Source: Eledone cirrhosa (Eukaryota). From it: DNA of 64,000 nucleotides. Position numbers and translations under genes: made by a program. The stretch's first letter is position 1; every line of letters begins with the position of its first letter. Shown here piece after piece: positions 61,665 to 64,000 of the stretch. A model generated the notes under the pieces. It ran no database searches. It had not been told where the DNA came from and saw nothing but the letters and a program-made list of their open reading frames with translations. The stretch is taken from positions 100,378,001-100,442,000 of the forward strand of contig OZ024746.1 of assembly GCA_964016885.1 (NCBI GenBank), given 5' to 3'.

Positions 61665-62842
61665 GTGTAAACATGCGCTGAGGTTACGACCATCTTCTTA
61701 ACAGAAAAGACGCATTTTCCCCCCAGCTCGTCCCCTAAACGGAGCTGCAGTCCTAGTCAAGCAGAGACCGAAGGTGAAACCTTGGAAACTGAAATATCTT
61801 TAGGTGTTCACAGCCCTCTGCCAATCAGGCAGTATAGTCGGTGGAAACTGCAACTTGGCTTTCTATAGAGGATTAGAGGCAGATGAAAGTGACAACATTC
61901 TTGAGGAAACTCTAGGCATTGATGAAAATCAACTAGTCACTCTTTTCAGTAGAACTTTCAGTCCAGGGCCCATGGATGATTTCCAGAAATCCCTGGCATG
62001 GTAATGGCACTGAGGAGCTTTGCCAATTCGAGATAAACTCTACAGGCATGGAAGTGCCATCAGCCGGGCCTGTCCGAGATGTTCACAGGGCAATGAAACC
62101 ATCCTGCATGCAATCGTCCAATGTCAGAGCATTGCTGATTTGTGGGTTTATGTTGAACACCTGCTGTCGCATGTGGGACAAATCTGGCTATCAGCTGAGT
62201 CCATTTTGAAGATTGTCCTGCCACCGTCCTTTAGTCAGGAAAGGCAGCCTGTTTTTATCTGTCTTGTGGCCATGGCAAATGAGGTACAATAGTGGACATG
62301 CTTGAAAGGTTTGAAAACAAACACTTTCCTCTTAGGTGAAGCCCTGATTCTCCAGGTTTCACTTGAAGAGGAAAGTCAGGGTGGAGAAGGGGGTGCTGCC
62401 TTCAAAACAATTTGTTGAAAGATGAGTGAGAAAGGCAAGCATAACCTGAGTGAATGGGCCAGCTCTGAGTATGAGCCTGAAGATTTGAGGACAACTGGGA
62501 CAGGGCACTTAACCAAGAGATCAGGGTACTTGTGGTTTTAGGGGGGGGGGCATGAGTGACTCGCAAATGCCTCCTCCGTATTGAGCAAAACCCTGTTTTA
62601 ATTTTGATTATCTTATCTTTCCCTTTTAACATTGTTAAAATTTGTTTACATGCAAAACCCACACTAATACACACAGTTTTCGTCTTGTGTCGTCATCATC
62701 ATCACCGTTATACATCCATTCTTCCACGCTATCATGGGTTAAACGGGTTGTCCTGTTATGAGCAATGCCAGGTCAGGTGACCATGTCTTGCTCATACAGA
62801 ACTGAATTTCCTAATGTAAACCCTTTGTGGTCAATAAAGAAA
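61663..62842 (+). pseudogene. Degraded Tx1-family ORF2 right piece and 3' UTR
   Basis: KHALRL, FSRTFSPGPMDDFQKSLAW, ACPRC..HAIVQC match the intact ORF2. Ends CCCTTTGTGGTCAATAAAGAAA+(TTA)n, with a SINE-tail insert at about 62690-62800. Confidence 0.88.
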
Positions 62843-63164
62843 TTATTATTATTATTTCCATTATTATTTTTATTGTGCATCATTACTACTTTACCCAACA
62901 CAGCTGTGCTGTGCACCTTGGGCATGTGCAGTGTAGTTTTTGCTGATGTTTCTATTGTATTAATAATACTTTTTGTAATATGTGTGTGCAGTGCCTAGTA
63001 GTGCTATCTTTTGTATGCTGTATATATTTGTAAGTCCTGGGGTTTTTGTTATTATTATTAGATAGAAGAAAATGCTCAATTGTTGAGAAGACAAATCAAA
63101 CAAATAAAGAGGAAAACATTGAACAAAGCTGAAACAAATAAAATGTTGAGAAAATTGTACTCAC

Positions 63165-63241
63165 TTCTACTGGTAAATTGAAAGAACCAGTTTGTTGAAA
63201 TGGCCAAGACCCTGAGCTAAGAACTTGTATACTGAAATCAA
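63165..63241 (-). CDS. CUL1: Cullin-1 exon (most 5' in window)
   Basis: cag|TT+DFSIQVLSSGSWPFQQTGSFNLPVE|gtgagt (77 nt). Confidence 0.95.
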
Positions 63242-64000
63242 CTGAAAAAGATTCAAATCAATCCATCAATATATGTGTGTGTGTGTGTACAGGGGTATAT
63301 TACGTCAACATCAAAATAATTACATCTGATTATTATTACATGCACACATGCGACAAACTAATAATTGTACTGATGTCAACGATAAAAATACCCAATCCCA
63401 TCTGCAAAGAGGCAGTGATGGTGCCACAACAAAAAAAAGTACCCAGTCCATCTGTAAAGAGGTAGTGATGGTGCCATGACAAAAAAAAATACCCAATCCG
63501 TCTGTAAGGCAGCAGTGATGGTGCCCAGTCCTGTCTGTAAGGTGGCAGTGCTGGTGCCATGAGAAAAAACTCCCATGTTGTAATGTGGTTGGTGTTTAAA
63601 AGGGCATCCAGTCTCATAACATGACAGCCCATCTAACCCTTGCTAGCAAGGAAAATAGACATGAAACTGTGATGAGGTACATTAAATGCTAGCAATAACT
63701 TCTATTAGAAATTCATAGGAATGTCTCCACCAAAATCATTAATATTACTGGTTTTAATCTCAAATTACTTACACCAAGTTATTACTTACATCAAGTTATT
63801 TTCCTTCCATTTATATTTATTGAGAAAAATGAAGTATGAGAAGTTGTAGATAGGATAAACTTGATAAGACAAATTAATTTTTGTTGAGTATTTTGTATAC
63901 TAATATATGTTATTAGTTACCACCCTTTACGTTCTGTGTTCAAACCCTGCCGAGGTTAGCTTTTGCCTTTCATCCTTATGGGGTTGATAAAATAAAGTAC

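Larger units (their letters stand above)
33039..63241 (-). other. CUL1: Cullin-1 gene, 3' portion (7 coding exons in window; 5' part lies beyond 64000)
   Basis: Seven GT-AG exons splice in phase into about 240 aa matching the cullin-1 C-terminus (DFSIQVLSSGSWPF ... IVRIMKMRK ... IEKEYLER ... YSYLA*). Confidence 0.96.

Noticed and set aside
61645-62856. Idea that the decayed Tx1 copy targeted the (ATT)n tail of the CR1, since ATT repeats flank it on both sides
   Set aside because: The upstream part of the same Tx1 lies at 58028-58241, so the CR1 inserted into the Tx1.

Overview
This is eukaryotic, repeat-dense DNA. The SINE/LINE complement and microsatellite load suggest an octopod cephalopod, which is inferred and not proven. 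1-15091 is a 12-bp satellite, (ACATTCTATCTG)n. It is interrupted by a young, 5'-truncated Tx1/L1-clade non-LTR retrotransposon (3632-8544) with an intact APE-RT ORF2 and an 11-bp target-site duplication that can be read from the satellite's variant monomers. 15.7-32 kb is a pile of decayed elements: RTE, R4/Dong, a CRE-like element with a PHD finger, Penelope remnants carrying four hammerhead-ribozyme motifs, a Helitron, and hAT/mariner/piggyBac MITEs and SINEs. The only host gene I can support is the 3' part of cullin-1 (CUL1) on the minus strand: seven GT-AG exons from 63241 to the stop at 33039. Its introns hold RTE, CR1 and Tx1 relics, a second Helitron and several minisatellites, two of which grew out of transposon sequence. 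There are no prokaryotic features, CRISPR arrays, rRNA or true tRNA genes. Coordinates of degraded repeats are approximate.
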